A DNA stretch of 26,532 bases from Gammaproteobacteria bacterium (GTDB lineage: Bacteria > Pseudomonadota > Gammaproteobacteria > GCA-001735895), in the NCBI GenBank assembly GCA_050298595.1, contig JBNKUM010000046.1, positions 1-26,532 on the forward strand, read 5' to 3'. Positions 8,789 to 18,819 of this stretch are shown here, in pieces; positions within the stretch are counted from its first letter, which is position 1, and every line of letters begins with the position of its first letter. The notes beneath the pieces are model-generated. The model ran no database searches. It worked only from the letters and a program-made list of their open reading frames with translations, and was not told the origin of the DNA. The translations under genes were made by a program, and so were the position numbers.

Positions 8789-9763
8789 ATGATTGCATTT
8801 CTGATTCGCCGACTGGCTCAGGCTCTGATCGTGATGTTTATCATCAGCCTGATCAGTTTCTCTATACAGGATAATCTGGGCGACCCCCTGCGTGAAATGC
8901 TGGGGGTGTCTGTTTCACAGGTTGAACGCGATAAGCTGCGGGAAGAGATGGGCCTGAATGATCCTTTTCTTGTGCAGTACTGGCGCTTCCTGAAAAAAGC
9001 GGTGCACGGTGACCTGGGCGATTCCTATTTTTTCAAGCGTCCTGCACTTGAAGTCATCATGCATAAATTCCCCGCTACCTTTGAACTGGTGCTGGGTGCC
9101 ACGCTGATTATCGTTACGCTATCCATACCTATCGGGGTTTACTGTGCCATCAATCCGCGCAGCTGGTTTACCAGGCTGATGATGGGGTTGAGTATTGTTG
9201 GCATATCGGTTCCTGTTTTTCTCACCGCGATTATGCTGATCTACCTGTTTTCGATTCATCTGGGCTGGCTACCTTCATTCGGGCGAGGGCAGACAGTAAT
9301 GATTGGTGAATGGGAAACCGGTTTACTAACCGCTGATGGATTGTTACATCTGATCTTACCGTCTATTGCACTCTCTTCCATTATGTTGCCTCTTTTCATT
9401 CGCCTGATCCGATCAGAGATGATGGAGTGCATGGAACAGGATTATATTCGCTTTGCACGAGCCAAGGGTTTGAGTAATCGTCGCATCTGGTTTTTACATG
9501 CCTTAAAAAATACCTTACTACCCGTGATCACCGTGGGCGGTGTTCAGATTGGAACCATGATTGCATTTACTATTCTCACCGAGAGAGTGTTTCAGTGGTC
9601 CGGTATGGGCTTCCTGTTTCTGGAAGCTGTCAATCGCACTGATACACCATTGATTATTGCCTACATGATTATCGTTGGATTGATTTTTGTGGTTACCAAT
9701 ACACTGGTGGATTTGATATACGGACTGGTTAATCCCACCGTTAAGCTCGCGAGGAAGGTGTAA
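8789..9763 (+). CDS. dppB: Peptide ABC transporter permease (DppB/OppB)
   Basis: GLNDPFLVQY, GDLG.S, DYIRFARAKGL (EAA loop), HALKN. Confidence 0.92.
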   Translation: MIAFLIRRLAQALIVMFIISLISFSIQDNLGDPLREMLGVSVSQVERDKLREEMGLNDPFLVQYWRFLKKAVHGDLGDSYFFKRPALEVIMHKFPATFELVLGATLIIVTLSIPIGVYCAINPRSWFTRLMMGLSIVGISVPVFLTAIMLIYLFSIHLGWLPSFGRGQTVMIGEWETGLLTADGLLHLILPSIALSSIMLPLFIRLIRSEMMECMEQDYIRFARAKGLSNRRIWFLHALKNTLLPVITVGGVQIGTMIAFTILTERVFQWSGMGFLFLEAVNRTDTPLIIAYMIIVGLIFVVTNTLVDLIYGLVNPTVKLARKV

Positions 9764-10683
9764 TGGGGCAATACTGGCGTGGTATGGTTGACTCTGACCT
9801 ATGGTATTATTTTAAACGGGACAAAGTGGCAATGAGCTGTTTTTCAGTGCTGCTGTTGTTTGTCATTATTAGTTTTAGTGCACCTTTGATTGCTCCTTTC
9901 GATCCTTACGATCCCATACAGATCGATATTATGGATTCGGATATTCCGCCGAGCTGGAATGAAGCTGGCGATGAACGTTTTTTACTGGGCACCGATGCGC
10001 AGGGTCGTGACATGCTCTCTACCATGATGTATGGCACGCGCATTTCAATCGTTATTGGTTTATTTGCGGTACTGTTGCAGATGATTTTAGGCGTTTCACT
10101 GGGTCTAGTGGCAGGCTATATCGGTGGGCGACTGGATAGTTTCCTGATGCGCCTGGCGGATATACAGTTATCCTTTTCTACCTTGATGGTAGCAATAGTT
10201 GTACTGGCTATTTTCCAGGCTTCCATGGGTTCGGATCTTTATGGCGAATATGCGATCTTTATGTTGATCATGGTCATTGGCATTGCGGAATGGCCGCAAT
10301 ATGCGCGCACTGTAAGGGCATCGGTACTGGCCGAAAAAGAAAAAGAGTATGTCGATGCAGTGAGGGTGATCGGGCTTGGGCCTATGCGCATAATGTTTCG
10401 TCATATCTTACCTAATACGCTGTCACCCATACTGGTGATTTCAACGGTGCAGGTGGCGAATGCGATTATGAGCGAAGCCGCTTTATCCTTCCTCGGATTA
10501 GGCATGCCAGTGAATCAACCCTCGCTGGGATCGCTCATCAATAGTGGCTTTGAATATATCCTGAGTGGTTCCTGGTGGATTACCTTTTTTCCGGCAGTGG
10601 TGCTGGTGCTGCTGGTACTGGTGATCAATCTACTGGGTGACTGGTTGCGTGATGTGTTAAACCCCAGACTGTATAAAGGATAA
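9763..10683 (+). CDS. dppC: Peptide ABC transporter permease (DppC/OppC)
   Basis: LGTDAQGRD, YGTRIS, EYVDA, RHILPN, LSFLGLG; TAATG translational coupling. Confidence 0.92.
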   Translation: MGQYWRGMVDSDLWYYFKRDKVAMSCFSVLLLFVIISFSAPLIAPFDPYDPIQIDIMDSDIPPSWNEAGDERFLLGTDAQGRDMLSTMMYGTRISIVIGLFAVLLQMILGVSLGLVAGYIGGRLDSFLMRLADIQLSFSTLMVAIVVLAIFQASMGSDLYGEYAIFMLIMVIGIAEWPQYARTVRASVLAEKEKEYVDAVRVIGLGPMRIMFRHILPNTLSPILVISTVQVANAIMSEAALSFLGLGMPVNQPSLGSLINSGFEYILSGSWWITFFPAVVLVLLVLVINLLGDWLRDVLNPRLYKG

Positions 10684-11654
10684 TGGCCTTACTCGAAATT
10701 AATCATCTTGAAGTACGTTTTCCATTACGCAGTGGCGAATTGACTGCCTTGCGCGATGTGAGTTTTTCTATTCGGCGTGGCGAGCGTCTGGGTATCGTCG
10801 GTGAAAGTGGTGCAGGTAAATCGGTTGCCGCTTTTTCTATCCTGAATCTGATTAGCAGACCAGGTTATATCGCAGGCGGAGAGATCCTGTTTGATGGTAA
10901 GGACATCGCCCGGATGAACGAAAAGGAGCTGTCAGCTATCCGTGGTAATCGCATCACAATGATTTTTCAGGACCCGATGATGACGCTTAATCCGGTACTG
11001 ACCATCGGTACGCAGATGATCGAATGTCTGCGCACTCATCGCGGGATGAGTGATAAAGAAGCGCTTAAGGTTGCTGTCGACAAACTGGAAAAGGTACGCA
11101 TCCCATCTGCTCGTGCACGTATCGATCAGTATCCGCATGAACTCTCCGGTGGTATGCGTCAGCGTGTGGTGATTGCTATCGCGTTACTCACACAACCGGA
11201 TCTAATTATTGCTGATGAACCGACTACGGCACTGGATGTGACGATTCAGGCTGAGATTATGGCATTGCTACTGGAGCTATGTGAGCAGGAAAACCTGGCT
11301 TTGATCTTGATCACCCATGACCTTGGCGTAGTCTCTCAGGTTACGCAACGTACTATCGTGATGTACGCAGGACGCATCATTGAAGAAGGCCCGACACGGC
11401 AGATTATCACGCAACCCCGGCACCCCTATACCGAGGGGCTGATCCATGCGCTGCCAGAGAATTCAAAAAGTGGCCAACGCTTAAATCAAATTCCAGGCAG
11501 TATGCCATCGCTTGCAGAAATCCCTTCTGGCTGTTCGTTTCATCCGCGTTGTGAGCACAGTATGCCAGTCTGCTTAAAGCAGATACCGGAGTTCAGTGGA
11601 TCTGAGCACAGTCGTGTCGCTTGCCATTGGCGCGCACAGCAGGAGCCGAATTGA
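10683..11654 (+). CDS. dppD: Peptide ABC transporter ATPase (DppD/OppD)
   Basis: GESGAGKS, YPHELSGGMRQR, IADEPTTALD, HPYT and a C-terminal Cys cluster. Confidence 0.95.
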   Translation: MALLEINHLEVRFPLRSGELTALRDVSFSIRRGERLGIVGESGAGKSVAAFSILNLISRPGYIAGGEILFDGKDIARMNEKELSAIRGNRITMIFQDPMMTLNPVLTIGTQMIECLRTHRGMSDKEALKVAVDKLEKVRIPSARARIDQYPHELSGGMRQRVVIAIALLTQPDLIIADEPTTALDVTIQAEIMALLLELCEQENLALILITHDLGVVSQVTQRTIVMYAGRIIEEGPTRQIITQPRHPYTEGLIHALPENSKSGQRLNQIPGSMPSLAEIPSGCSFHPRCEHSMPVCLKQIPEFSGSEHSRVACHWRAQQEPN

Positions 11655-12706
11655 TGAAGCAGCAGGCTATGACAGAGACAGATAGCGCAAGCGTTCAATA
11701 CTTACTTGAGATCAAGGGTCTGTATAAGTCTTTCCCGCTGACGTCAGGTTTTCTCGAACAGCTGGAGTTTCATCAAGGCCGTTTAAGACGCCGTCGTGAT
11801 GCAGTACATGCGATTAATGGGGTAACACTGACGGTCAACAAGGGCGAAGCGCTATGTGTGGTAGGCGAGTCGGGCTGTGGTAAGTCTACAGTGGCGCGGG
11901 TGGTGATGGGTCTGTTATCGCCAACCGAGGGCAGTATTCATTATGCCGGGCAGCGTATCGATAACCTGTCACGTCAGCAGTTAGCGCCCTATCATAAGCA
12001 CATGCAAATGATTTTTCAGAATCCCTATTCATCGTTAAATCCTCGCATGACAGTAAAACAGACGTTGGAGGAACCCGTTCGTTTCCATCAACCCGGTTTA
12101 AGCAGAGCTGAAGTGACAGATAAAATAGCCGAAGTGATGCAGTCAGTAGGGATAGATCCGGGCTGGGTAGCACGTTATCCGCACGAATTTTCTGGCGGGC
12201 AACGCCAGCGAATTTCCATTGCGCGAGCGCTTAGTGTCGACCCTGAATTTATTGTTGCCGATGAGCCTATTTCAGCGCTGGATGTTTCTATTCAGGCGCA
12301 GGTGCTGAATCTGTTGATGGATGCACAACAGCAACGCAATCTGACCTATCTATTTATCACGCATGACTTATCGGTGGTTGAACATTTCGGTGACCGGGTA
12401 GCGGTTATGTATCTGGGTACACTGTGCGAACTGGCACGAACCGAAACCCTGTTCGCAAAGCCTCGTCATCCCTATACGCGAGCTTTGTTATCAGCTATTC
12501 CTCGTCTTTCACATGATCATCCAGAGTTTATCAAGCTAAAAGGCGAAGTGCCGACCCCTATTCATCTACCTTCCGGTTGTGTTTTTCATAACCGTTGCCC
12601 GCATGCGAATGATCGATGTGAGCGCGAAATACCTATGCAGTTTCTCTGTGAAGATGGTACCCAGGTAGCCTGCCATGCCATCGAAGAAAATCGCATCTCG
12701 GATTAA
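11654..12706 (+). CDS. dppF: Peptide ABC transporter ATPase (DppF/OppF)
   Basis: GESGCGKST, YPHEFSGGQRQR, ADEPISALD, HPYT. Start set at the TGATG overlap, with AGGAG upstream. Confidence 0.93.
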   Translation: MKQQAMTETDSASVQYLLEIKGLYKSFPLTSGFLEQLEFHQGRLRRRRDAVHAINGVTLTVNKGEALCVVGESGCGKSTVARVVMGLLSPTEGSIHYAGQRIDNLSRQQLAPYHKHMQMIFQNPYSSLNPRMTVKQTLEEPVRFHQPGLSRAEVTDKIAEVMQSVGIDPGWVARYPHEFSGGQRQRISIARALSVDPEFIVADEPISALDVSIQAQVLNLLMDAQQQRNLTYLFITHDLSVVEHFGDRVAVMYLGTLCELARTETLFAKPRHPYTRALLSAIPRLSHDHPEFIKLKGEVPTPIHLPSGCVFHNRCPHANDRCEREIPMQFLCEDGTQVACHAIEENRISD

Positions 12707-12720
12707 TCGCCGCTAAGCTG

Positions 12721-12734
12721 TACAATTTGTAACA
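12721..12734 (+). promoter_or_regulatory. Possible OmpR-family (RstA-box-like) binding site
   Basis: TACAATTTGTAACA resembles TACA-N6-TACA, with a further TGTAAC at 12748. It lies upstream of an operon encoding an RstA-like regulator. Confidence 0.3.
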
Positions 12735-12815
12735 GTTTGAAAAAAACTGTAACGACTCATTGTTTTTATCACTGCTTTAATAGTAGCGTGTTCAAATTTT
12801 TCGGGAATTTTAAAA

Positions 12816-13643
12816 ATGAAATACCCCTCAACATTAAGCTCAATGATGATGCTAGCAGCAGGCCTGCTTGCCCTGTCAGGCGTTAGTCTTGCGCAGGATT
12901 CTATGCTGCGTAGTGAAAGCCCACATTTCATTGAAGATGGCTGGGATGTTCGCCTGGGTGCTGGTTTAATAACAAGCTCGGGTGAGTTATACCGGGGTAT
13001 GAAGGAAGAAAATGGCCTGACAATTTTGCTGGATGCCAGTTATACCAATGGTGATTTTTATGCGATTGCCAATGAAGAGGAGGGTTTACTGCTGGGTTAT
13101 AGCCTGGTACGCGATGATAATTGGGTGGTTGACGCGGTATTCGGGCCGAAATTTGAAATGGACTTCAATGATAGCGATATGTTTGATGGCCAGTTAAGTC
13201 ATCTGGATAAACGCGATGCTGATGGCCAGTTGGGTGCTCGCTTTACCTGGTACGGCGATACTAACCGATTATCCATATCGCTGACTGGTGATGTGACCGG
13301 GGTGCATGATGGCTTTCTTGGCACAGTGGATTATCAACAGGAGTGGCAGGCTCGCAACTGGTTGTTGACTGGACGAGCCGGGCTTGCACTATTCTCAGAT
13401 AAAATGGCCAATCACATGGTGGGTGTGAGTGCCCATGAAGCCACTGCCTCAATGCCTCGCTTCGAAGCAAAAGCATCACAGGCTGTGTATCTGGAGTTAA
13501 TGGCTGAATACCCGGTGAATGAAAACTGGATTTTTGAAACCAAAGCCGCGATAGCCCAGTTTGGTAGCGAATTAGCGGATAGTCCAATTACCAGGGATGA
13601 TACTTATTCAGTGGTGACTACTGGTTTCAAGTATCAGTTTTAA
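12816..13643 (+). CDS. MipA/OmpV family outer-membrane protein
   Basis: Signal peptide, W.VRLGAG.....YRG, DVTG.HDG, DSPI and a terminal beta-signal (FKYQF). Confidence 0.88.
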   Translation: MKYPSTLSSMMMLAAGLLALSGVSLAQDSMLRSESPHFIEDGWDVRLGAGLITSSGELYRGMKEENGLTILLDASYTNGDFYAIANEEEGLLLGYSLVRDDNWVVDAVFGPKFEMDFNDSDMFDGQLSHLDKRDADGQLGARFTWYGDTNRLSISLTGDVTGVHDGFLGTVDYQQEWQARNWLLTGRAGLALFSDKMANHMVGVSAHEATASMPRFEAKASQAVYLELMAEYPVNENWIFETKAAIAQFGSELADSPITRDDTYSVVTTGFKYQF

Positions 13644-13651
13644 GGTCTTTC

Positions 13652-14044
13652 ATGATGAAAAAATGCTCAACAATATTGCTGTTACTGATAGGGACGGGAT
13701 GTTTTCCGGTAAGTTCAGTATCAGCTGCGGAAGTGACACTAAGCAGCCATCCAGCTAAATGTGTCAGCCTGAAGCAGGGCAATATCTGTTATCAGAAAAT
13801 ACATATGCAATGGCAGGCAACTGAAGCCGCTGATTATTGCCTGTATAATCAAGTCGAGGCTGAACCAGTCAAATGCTGGCAGGGAATGGATAATGGTGAA
13901 TATAGTTTTGAGTTCAGCTTTGCTGAAACACAGCACTATGTCATGCGTCAGCAAGGCAAAAATGATGATCTTGCGATCTCAACCATTGAGGTCAAATGGG
14001 TGTATAAAGTAAGACGCAATCAATTTAGCTGGAGGGTCTTTTAA
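13652..14044 (+). CDS. DUF3019-like secreted protein
   Basis: P.KCVSL..G..C...I...W, YCLY, CW, V.WVYK.RR...WRVF; position between mipA and a response regulator. Confidence 0.75.
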   Translation: MMKKCSTILLLLIGTGCFPVSSVSAAEVTLSSHPAKCVSLKQGNICYQKIHMQWQATEAADYCLYNQVEAEPVKCWQGMDNGEYSFEFSFAETQHYVMRQQGKNDDLAISTIEVKWVYKVRRNQFSWRVF

Positions 14045-14046
14045 GC

Positions 14047-14757
14047 ATGGCCTCAAATACACAGCCGCTACATATTGTACTGGTTGAAGATGATACTGAG
14101 CTTGCTGAATGGGTACGTGAATTCCTTGAGCAGCAGGACTTTCGCGTGAGCATGGCTGACAGGGGTGATACAGCGGTGGATATGATACGTGAGTTAATGC
14201 CAGATCTGGTATTGCTCGATATCATGCTGCCCGGTAAGGATGGTCATCAGGTGTGCCGTGAGGTGCGTGAATTTTATCAGCAACCTATTCTGATTTTGAC
14301 TGCCAACGATGGTGAGCTTGATGAAGTGATGGGGCTGGAGCTTGGGGCGGATGATTTTATGCCGAAACCGGTTCGTCCCAGAGTGTTACTGGCTCATATT
14401 AAAGCCTTATTGCGCCGTAAATCACCGGTTTCTGAACAGAAACTGGATCATTTTGATTTTGGTAATTTCACAATCAATCAAAGTGCCAAGTCGGTAACAC
14501 TCAACGGAGATATCGTATCCTTATCCAGTACTGAGTTTGACCTGCTTTGGGTGCTGGCGAGCCATGCCGGTCAGGTGATGCACCGTAACGAGCTGGTACA
14601 GAAATTACGTGGTTTTGATTATGATGGTTTTGACCGAACTATAGACGTAAGAATCTCTCGTCTACGAAAAAAACTGGGTGATAACCTGCAGCAACCCGAA
14701 CGCATTAAAACGGTCTGGGGAAAGGGCTACCTATTTGTCCCTGGCGCCTGGAATTAA
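14047..14757 (+). CDS. OmpR-family response regulator (RstA-like)
   Basis: LVEDD, LLDIMLPG.DG, GADDFMPKP, winged helix with DRTIDVRISRLRKK and TVWGKGY. Confidence 0.95.
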   Translation: MASNTQPLHIVLVEDDTELAEWVREFLEQQDFRVSMADRGDTAVDMIRELMPDLVLLDIMLPGKDGHQVCREVREFYQQPILILTANDGELDEVMGLELGADDFMPKPVRPRVLLAHIKALLRRKSPVSEQKLDHFDFGNFTINQSAKSVTLNGDIVSLSSTEFDLLWVLASHAGQVMHRNELVQKLRGFDYDGFDRTIDVRISRLRKKLGDNLQQPERIKTVWGKGYLFVPGAWN

Positions 14758-14760
14758 ACC

Positions 14761-16038
14761 ATGCGTAATTTGATTTTCAGTCTGTACGTGGGTGTGTTCC
14801 TGGCGCTGATGGGACTGGGCTGGGCGATAGACGAATACTATAGCAGTGAGTTTGAAGATGCCCAGAAGTTACCTTATCAGGGATATCGTGAACTGCTAAA
14901 TCTAACAGCAGATCTTATAGCAGACAGTCAGTCTGATCATGCAGCCATGCAGCAATTCCTCGAACAGAAAAATCTAAAAATGTCTCTGGAACCATTAACA
15001 GAAATGCCGCTACCTCCCAGTCTGCAGGCTCAACGTGATATAGGTGAGATTTTTATTCTGCAATCCGATGATGCCGATACCCTGTATCGTCGTATAGCAA
15101 AAACTGACTGGTTACTCAGTCTTGAGATACAGACAGCGGTAAACGTTGAGCAGGAGAATGTTCGCTATATACTTACCCTGTTGTTTTATGTGGGAGTGGC
15201 AATAATATTACTTCTCTGGTTACTACCCTTATTACGTGCAATAAATGAATTAAATCGGGCGGCAAAAAAGATAGGCTTAGGTGAGTTAAGCACTCGAGTA
15301 GAGAATCCTGATGGGTTGTACCTTAAACCCTTAAAGACAGAATTCAATGCGATGGCGCAACGTCTACAGCAATTGAATGAAAACAACCAGCTCATGAGTC
15401 AGGCAGTGTCTCATGAGTTACGCACGCCGTTGTCGCGCCTGCGCTTTGCACTGGACATGATTCAGGGTCGTAAAGATCAGCAGCAACGTGAGCAGGATAT
15501 CCAGCGCATGGAAGCGGATCTGGATGATATGGAAGATCTGATCAATGAATTGCTCAACTATTCACGCCTGGATAAGCAGCCAGTGATTGAGCTTGAACCG
15601 GTTAAGATTGAAGCCTTGATAGATCAGCGTATACAACGCCGCGTAGATGCCAACTGCCTGATAAAATTTAACGCTCAGCAGAATGGAAGCCTGATCGCAG
15701 GTGATCACGATTACCTGTGTAAACTGGTCGATAATCTTATTCAGAATGCCTGCAGGTATGCGCAACAAAATGTGCAAGTCAGCTGCCGCTGGGGTGATAC
15801 CCGGTTTTTTCTTAGCGTAGAAGATGATGGTCCTGGAGTTCCTGAAGATCAGATCGAACAGATCTTTAAACCTTTTTACAGGGTAAAAAATCAATCCGTA
15901 AAGAAGAGTTCAGGGTTTGGCCTGGGGCTGGCTATAGTCAATCGAATAGTTCAATGGCATGCGGGTAGTATCCATGTCAGCCAATCGACTCAACTCGGTG
16001 GTGCCTGCTTTGAGGTATCGCTACCAATCATTGGCTGA
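14761..16038 (+). CDS. Sensor histidine kinase (RstB-like; two TM helices, HAMP)
   Basis: SHELRTPL H-box, NLIQNA N-box, DDGPG, FKPF, GFGLGL. Confidence 0.95.
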   Translation: MRNLIFSLYVGVFLALMGLGWAIDEYYSSEFEDAQKLPYQGYRELLNLTADLIADSQSDHAAMQQFLEQKNLKMSLEPLTEMPLPPSLQAQRDIGEIFILQSDDADTLYRRIAKTDWLLSLEIQTAVNVEQENVRYILTLLFYVGVAIILLLWLLPLLRAINELNRAAKKIGLGELSTRVENPDGLYLKPLKTEFNAMAQRLQQLNENNQLMSQAVSHELRTPLSRLRFALDMIQGRKDQQQREQDIQRMEADLDDMEDLINELLNYSRLDKQPVIELEPVKIEALIDQRIQRRVDANCLIKFNAQQNGSLIAGDHDYLCKLVDNLIQNACRYAQQNVQVSCRWGDTRFFLSVEDDGPGVPEDQIEQIFKPFYRVKNQSVKKSSGFGLGLAIVNRIVQWHAGSIHVSQSTQLGGACFEVSLPIIG

Positions 16039-16109
16039 ATATCCGATTCGCCTCAATCATTCGTTTCAATATACAATCGGTAACCGAGTCAACAGAAGAG
16101 GGGGACGAT

Positions 16110-17927
16110 ATGAGCTGGCAACGAAAGATACTACGCATCAATCTGACGCAAGGAAGCTGTGAGGTTCAGCCCCTGAATATGGTGTGGGCTGAAGAATACC
16201 TTGGTCAACGCGGTCTGGGCAGCAAGTACCTGCTGGAAGAAATGGATCCTGCTGTGGATGCGCTTTGCGCTGAAAATAAACTCATCTTCGCGACAGGTCC
16301 CCTGACCGGCACCATGGCTTCTACCGCTGGTCGCTATTCGGTCATCACCAAGGGCGCGCTTACAGGTGCCATTGCCTGTTCAAATTCTGGTGGCAAGTTC
16401 GGCGCCGAGCTTAAGAATGCGGGCTTTGATTTACTCATAATCGAAGGGCAGTCTGAGCATCCGGTTTACCTGCATATCGAAAATCAGACAGCATCATTAT
16501 GTGATGCATCTGAACTTTGGGGGCAAACCGTGTGGCAGACTGAATCGCTGATAAAAGAAAAATATCAGGACCCGCTGATGCGAGTCGCCAGCATCGGTCA
16601 GGCGGGTGAAAACCTGTGCCGCTTTGCCTGTGTGGTGAATGATTTGCACCGTGCTGCAGGGCGCTCTGGAGTAGGTGCTGTAATGGGGTCAAAGAGGCTT
16701 AAGGCTATTGCAGTACGCGGTACCCTGGGGGTGAAAAACTCCGACCCTCAGAAATTTATGGATATCGTCAATAGCGTCAATGCTCGCCTGACTGATCGCG
16801 AAGGTATGGCACGTGATGGTACGCTGGCGATGATCGATGTCACCAATCGTTTCGGTAGCCTGCCAACACGTAATAATCGCAGTGTACGCTTTGAAGGCGC
16901 AGAAAAGCTTAACCCGCAGGCTATGCAAACTCCCAATCAGCATCAACATACCAACCTGGTGACCAATGCCGCCTGCTTTGGTTGTACCATTGCCTGTGGC
17001 CGAATCTGCAAGATAGATCCGCAACATTTTTCTATCAGGGATAAGCCTCAATACAAGACCGCATCCGGTGGGCTGGAATATGAAACCGCCTATGCACTGG
17101 GAGCTGCTGTGGGTGTGGATGATATTGATGCGGCCACCTATGTAGGGTTCCTGTGTAATGAGTATGGAATGGACCCCATTTCGCTGGGTGGCTCGATAGC
17201 GGCTGCGATGGAGCTATTCGATATCGGTGCTATCAATGAATTAGATACCGGTGGTATTCGGCTTGAATTTGGCTCAGCCGAAGCGCTGTGTCAGATAGCA
17301 GAATTAACCGCGCGTGGCGAAGGCTTTGGACGAGATGTAGCTGAGGGTTCGCGCAGATTAACGCAAAAATATGGACATTCAGATTTATCCATGACGGTCA
17401 AAGGGCAGGAATTTGCAGCTTATGATGGCCGTAGTATGCAGGGCATGGGGTTGGCTTATGCGACCAGCAATCGGGGTGCCTGTCATTTAAGGGCGTCTCC
17501 ATACAAACATGATTTCAATACTACCGACATAGAAGGTAAACCCGAGATAGTCAAAAACAGTCAGGATGAAATCGCCTTTATCGACTCCAGTGGTTTATGT
17601 CTGTTTCCGCGCGGTTGTGGCTGGGGCATAGAAGATTTTCTCGCCATGGTTAATGCCGCCTGCGATAGTGAATGGGATATGCAGCGCATGAGGATAACGG
17701 GCGAACGTATCTGGAATCTGGAACGGTTATTCAACCTACGAGCCGGTCTAGGCAGGCAGGACGATACGTTACCGAGGCGCATACTGGAGGAACCAGCAGA
17801 TATCGGTGTAGGTAAGGGTCAGGTCAGCCGAGTGCCAGAAATGCTACCTTTATATTATGCACTTAGGGGTTGGGATGAACAGGGTGTTCCGAGCGATCAG
17901 ACGCTTGAGCGGCTGGGTTTGGAGTAA
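16110..17927 (+). CDS. aor: Aldehyde:ferredoxin oxidoreductase family tungsten/pterin enzyme
   Basis: ILRINL, YLG.RGLG, SNSGG.FG.ELK.AG, AAGRSG.GAVMGSK.LKAI, C..C...C, EYET, GMD.IS, SNRGACH, ERLFN, YY..RGW. Confidence 0.93.
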   Translation: MSWQRKILRINLTQGSCEVQPLNMVWAEEYLGQRGLGSKYLLEEMDPAVDALCAENKLIFATGPLTGTMASTAGRYSVITKGALTGAIACSNSGGKFGAELKNAGFDLLIIEGQSEHPVYLHIENQTASLCDASELWGQTVWQTESLIKEKYQDPLMRVASIGQAGENLCRFACVVNDLHRAAGRSGVGAVMGSKRLKAIAVRGTLGVKNSDPQKFMDIVNSVNARLTDREGMARDGTLAMIDVTNRFGSLPTRNNRSVRFEGAEKLNPQAMQTPNQHQHTNLVTNAACFGCTIACGRICKIDPQHFSIRDKPQYKTASGGLEYETAYALGAAVGVDDIDAATYVGFLCNEYGMDPISLGGSIAAAMELFDIGAINELDTGGIRLEFGSAEALCQIAELTARGEGFGRDVAEGSRRLTQKYGHSDLSMTVKGQEFAAYDGRSMQGMGLAYATSNRGACHLRASPYKHDFNTTDIEGKPEIVKNSQDEIAFIDSSGLCLFPRGCGWGIEDFLAMVNAACDSEWDMQRMRITGERIWNLERLFNLRAGLGRQDDTLPRRILEEPADIGVGKGQVSRVPEMLPLYYALRGWDEQGVPSDQTLERLGLE

Positions 17928-17934
17928 ATACAGA

Positions 17935-18186
17935 ATGAAATTGACTGTACATCTGTTCGGTGCGCTACGCCTGTATCTGCCGATAGGGAGTGCTTTCAAC
18001 AGTTGTGAGCTGGAGTTTGCTGAGGCTCCCTCGTTGACACAGGTGCTAAAAAACCTGCAAATACCAGATTATAGTGAGTTTGTTATCCTGCTTAATGATC
18101 AGAAAATACCTCAGGAAAAATTCAGTAGTACAGCACTGCAGGAAAAGGACGAGGTGGTTTTATTACCATCAATTAAGGGTGGTTGA
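17935..18186 (+). CDS. MoaD/ThiS family sulfur carrier
   Basis: MKLTVHLFGALR...DEVVLLPSIKGG with a C-terminal GG, directly after aor. Start reset to ATG 17935. Confidence 0.88.
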   Translation: MKLTVHLFGALRLYLPIGSAFNSCELEFAEAPSLTQVLKNLQIPDYSEFVILLNDQKIPQEKFSSTALQEKDEVVLLPSIKGG

Positions 18187-18594
18187 ATGTATTAAGGCAT
18201 ATCTGAGTAAAGCAATCAAATACAGCGCCTAAAATATACGGAATCTGCTACTGACTTTCAGTAGTTTTGACTGAAATTTCAGTAAGTATCAAATATATAC
18301 AAAAAGTGATCCATATCTGAGTTAGCACAGCATTTTTAGATGGATAAATGAATCCCCTGGTTTTCATGTTTTGCTTCATCAATTTTAGAAAAAATCGATT
18401 TGCCATCGGCGCTTAAAAATATCGCAATGCTCTTCACTAATAACAGGATTTGATGCTGCATACAATAGAGGACTATTAAGGTTCTTTATAATAAATTTAG
18501 GCATTATTCGCGATGTTATATATCGTGAGATATCCATGTCCACAGTCGTTTTTATATCATAGAAAAACTACGCTACATTACCGTGCTATTGAAT

Positions 18595-18735
18595 AGGTTG
18601 AAAATGAATAGACACTGTTTTCTTCGAGAAATGGTAGAGATGATTATGGGTGTCGTACGCTAAAAAGCTTATATGAAGTATATGAGCTACGCTATTTATC
18701 TAATTGTAAGTCGGCTAAGAATTATCTAAATTTGC
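18595..18735 (+). repeat. Upstream ('P') block, copy 0 (diverged)
   Basis: AATGGTAGAGATGATTATGGGTGTCGTACGCTAAAAAGCTTATAT...CTACGCTATTTATCTAATTGT aligns with 19791-19935 and 23206-23350. Confidence 0.75.
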
Positions 18736-18819
18736 AATCTGAAAATTACACTACGTAGGATGATTTGAAGTTAATGGGGGCAGAGATGATTTAAATCAGT
18801 CATTAAGTAATTTATTTGC

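Noticed and set aside
7759-17782. Numerous 60-120 aa antisense or overlapping ORFs within the ABC, mipA, kinase and aor genes
   Set aside because: Shadows of well-supported genes with no independent signals.
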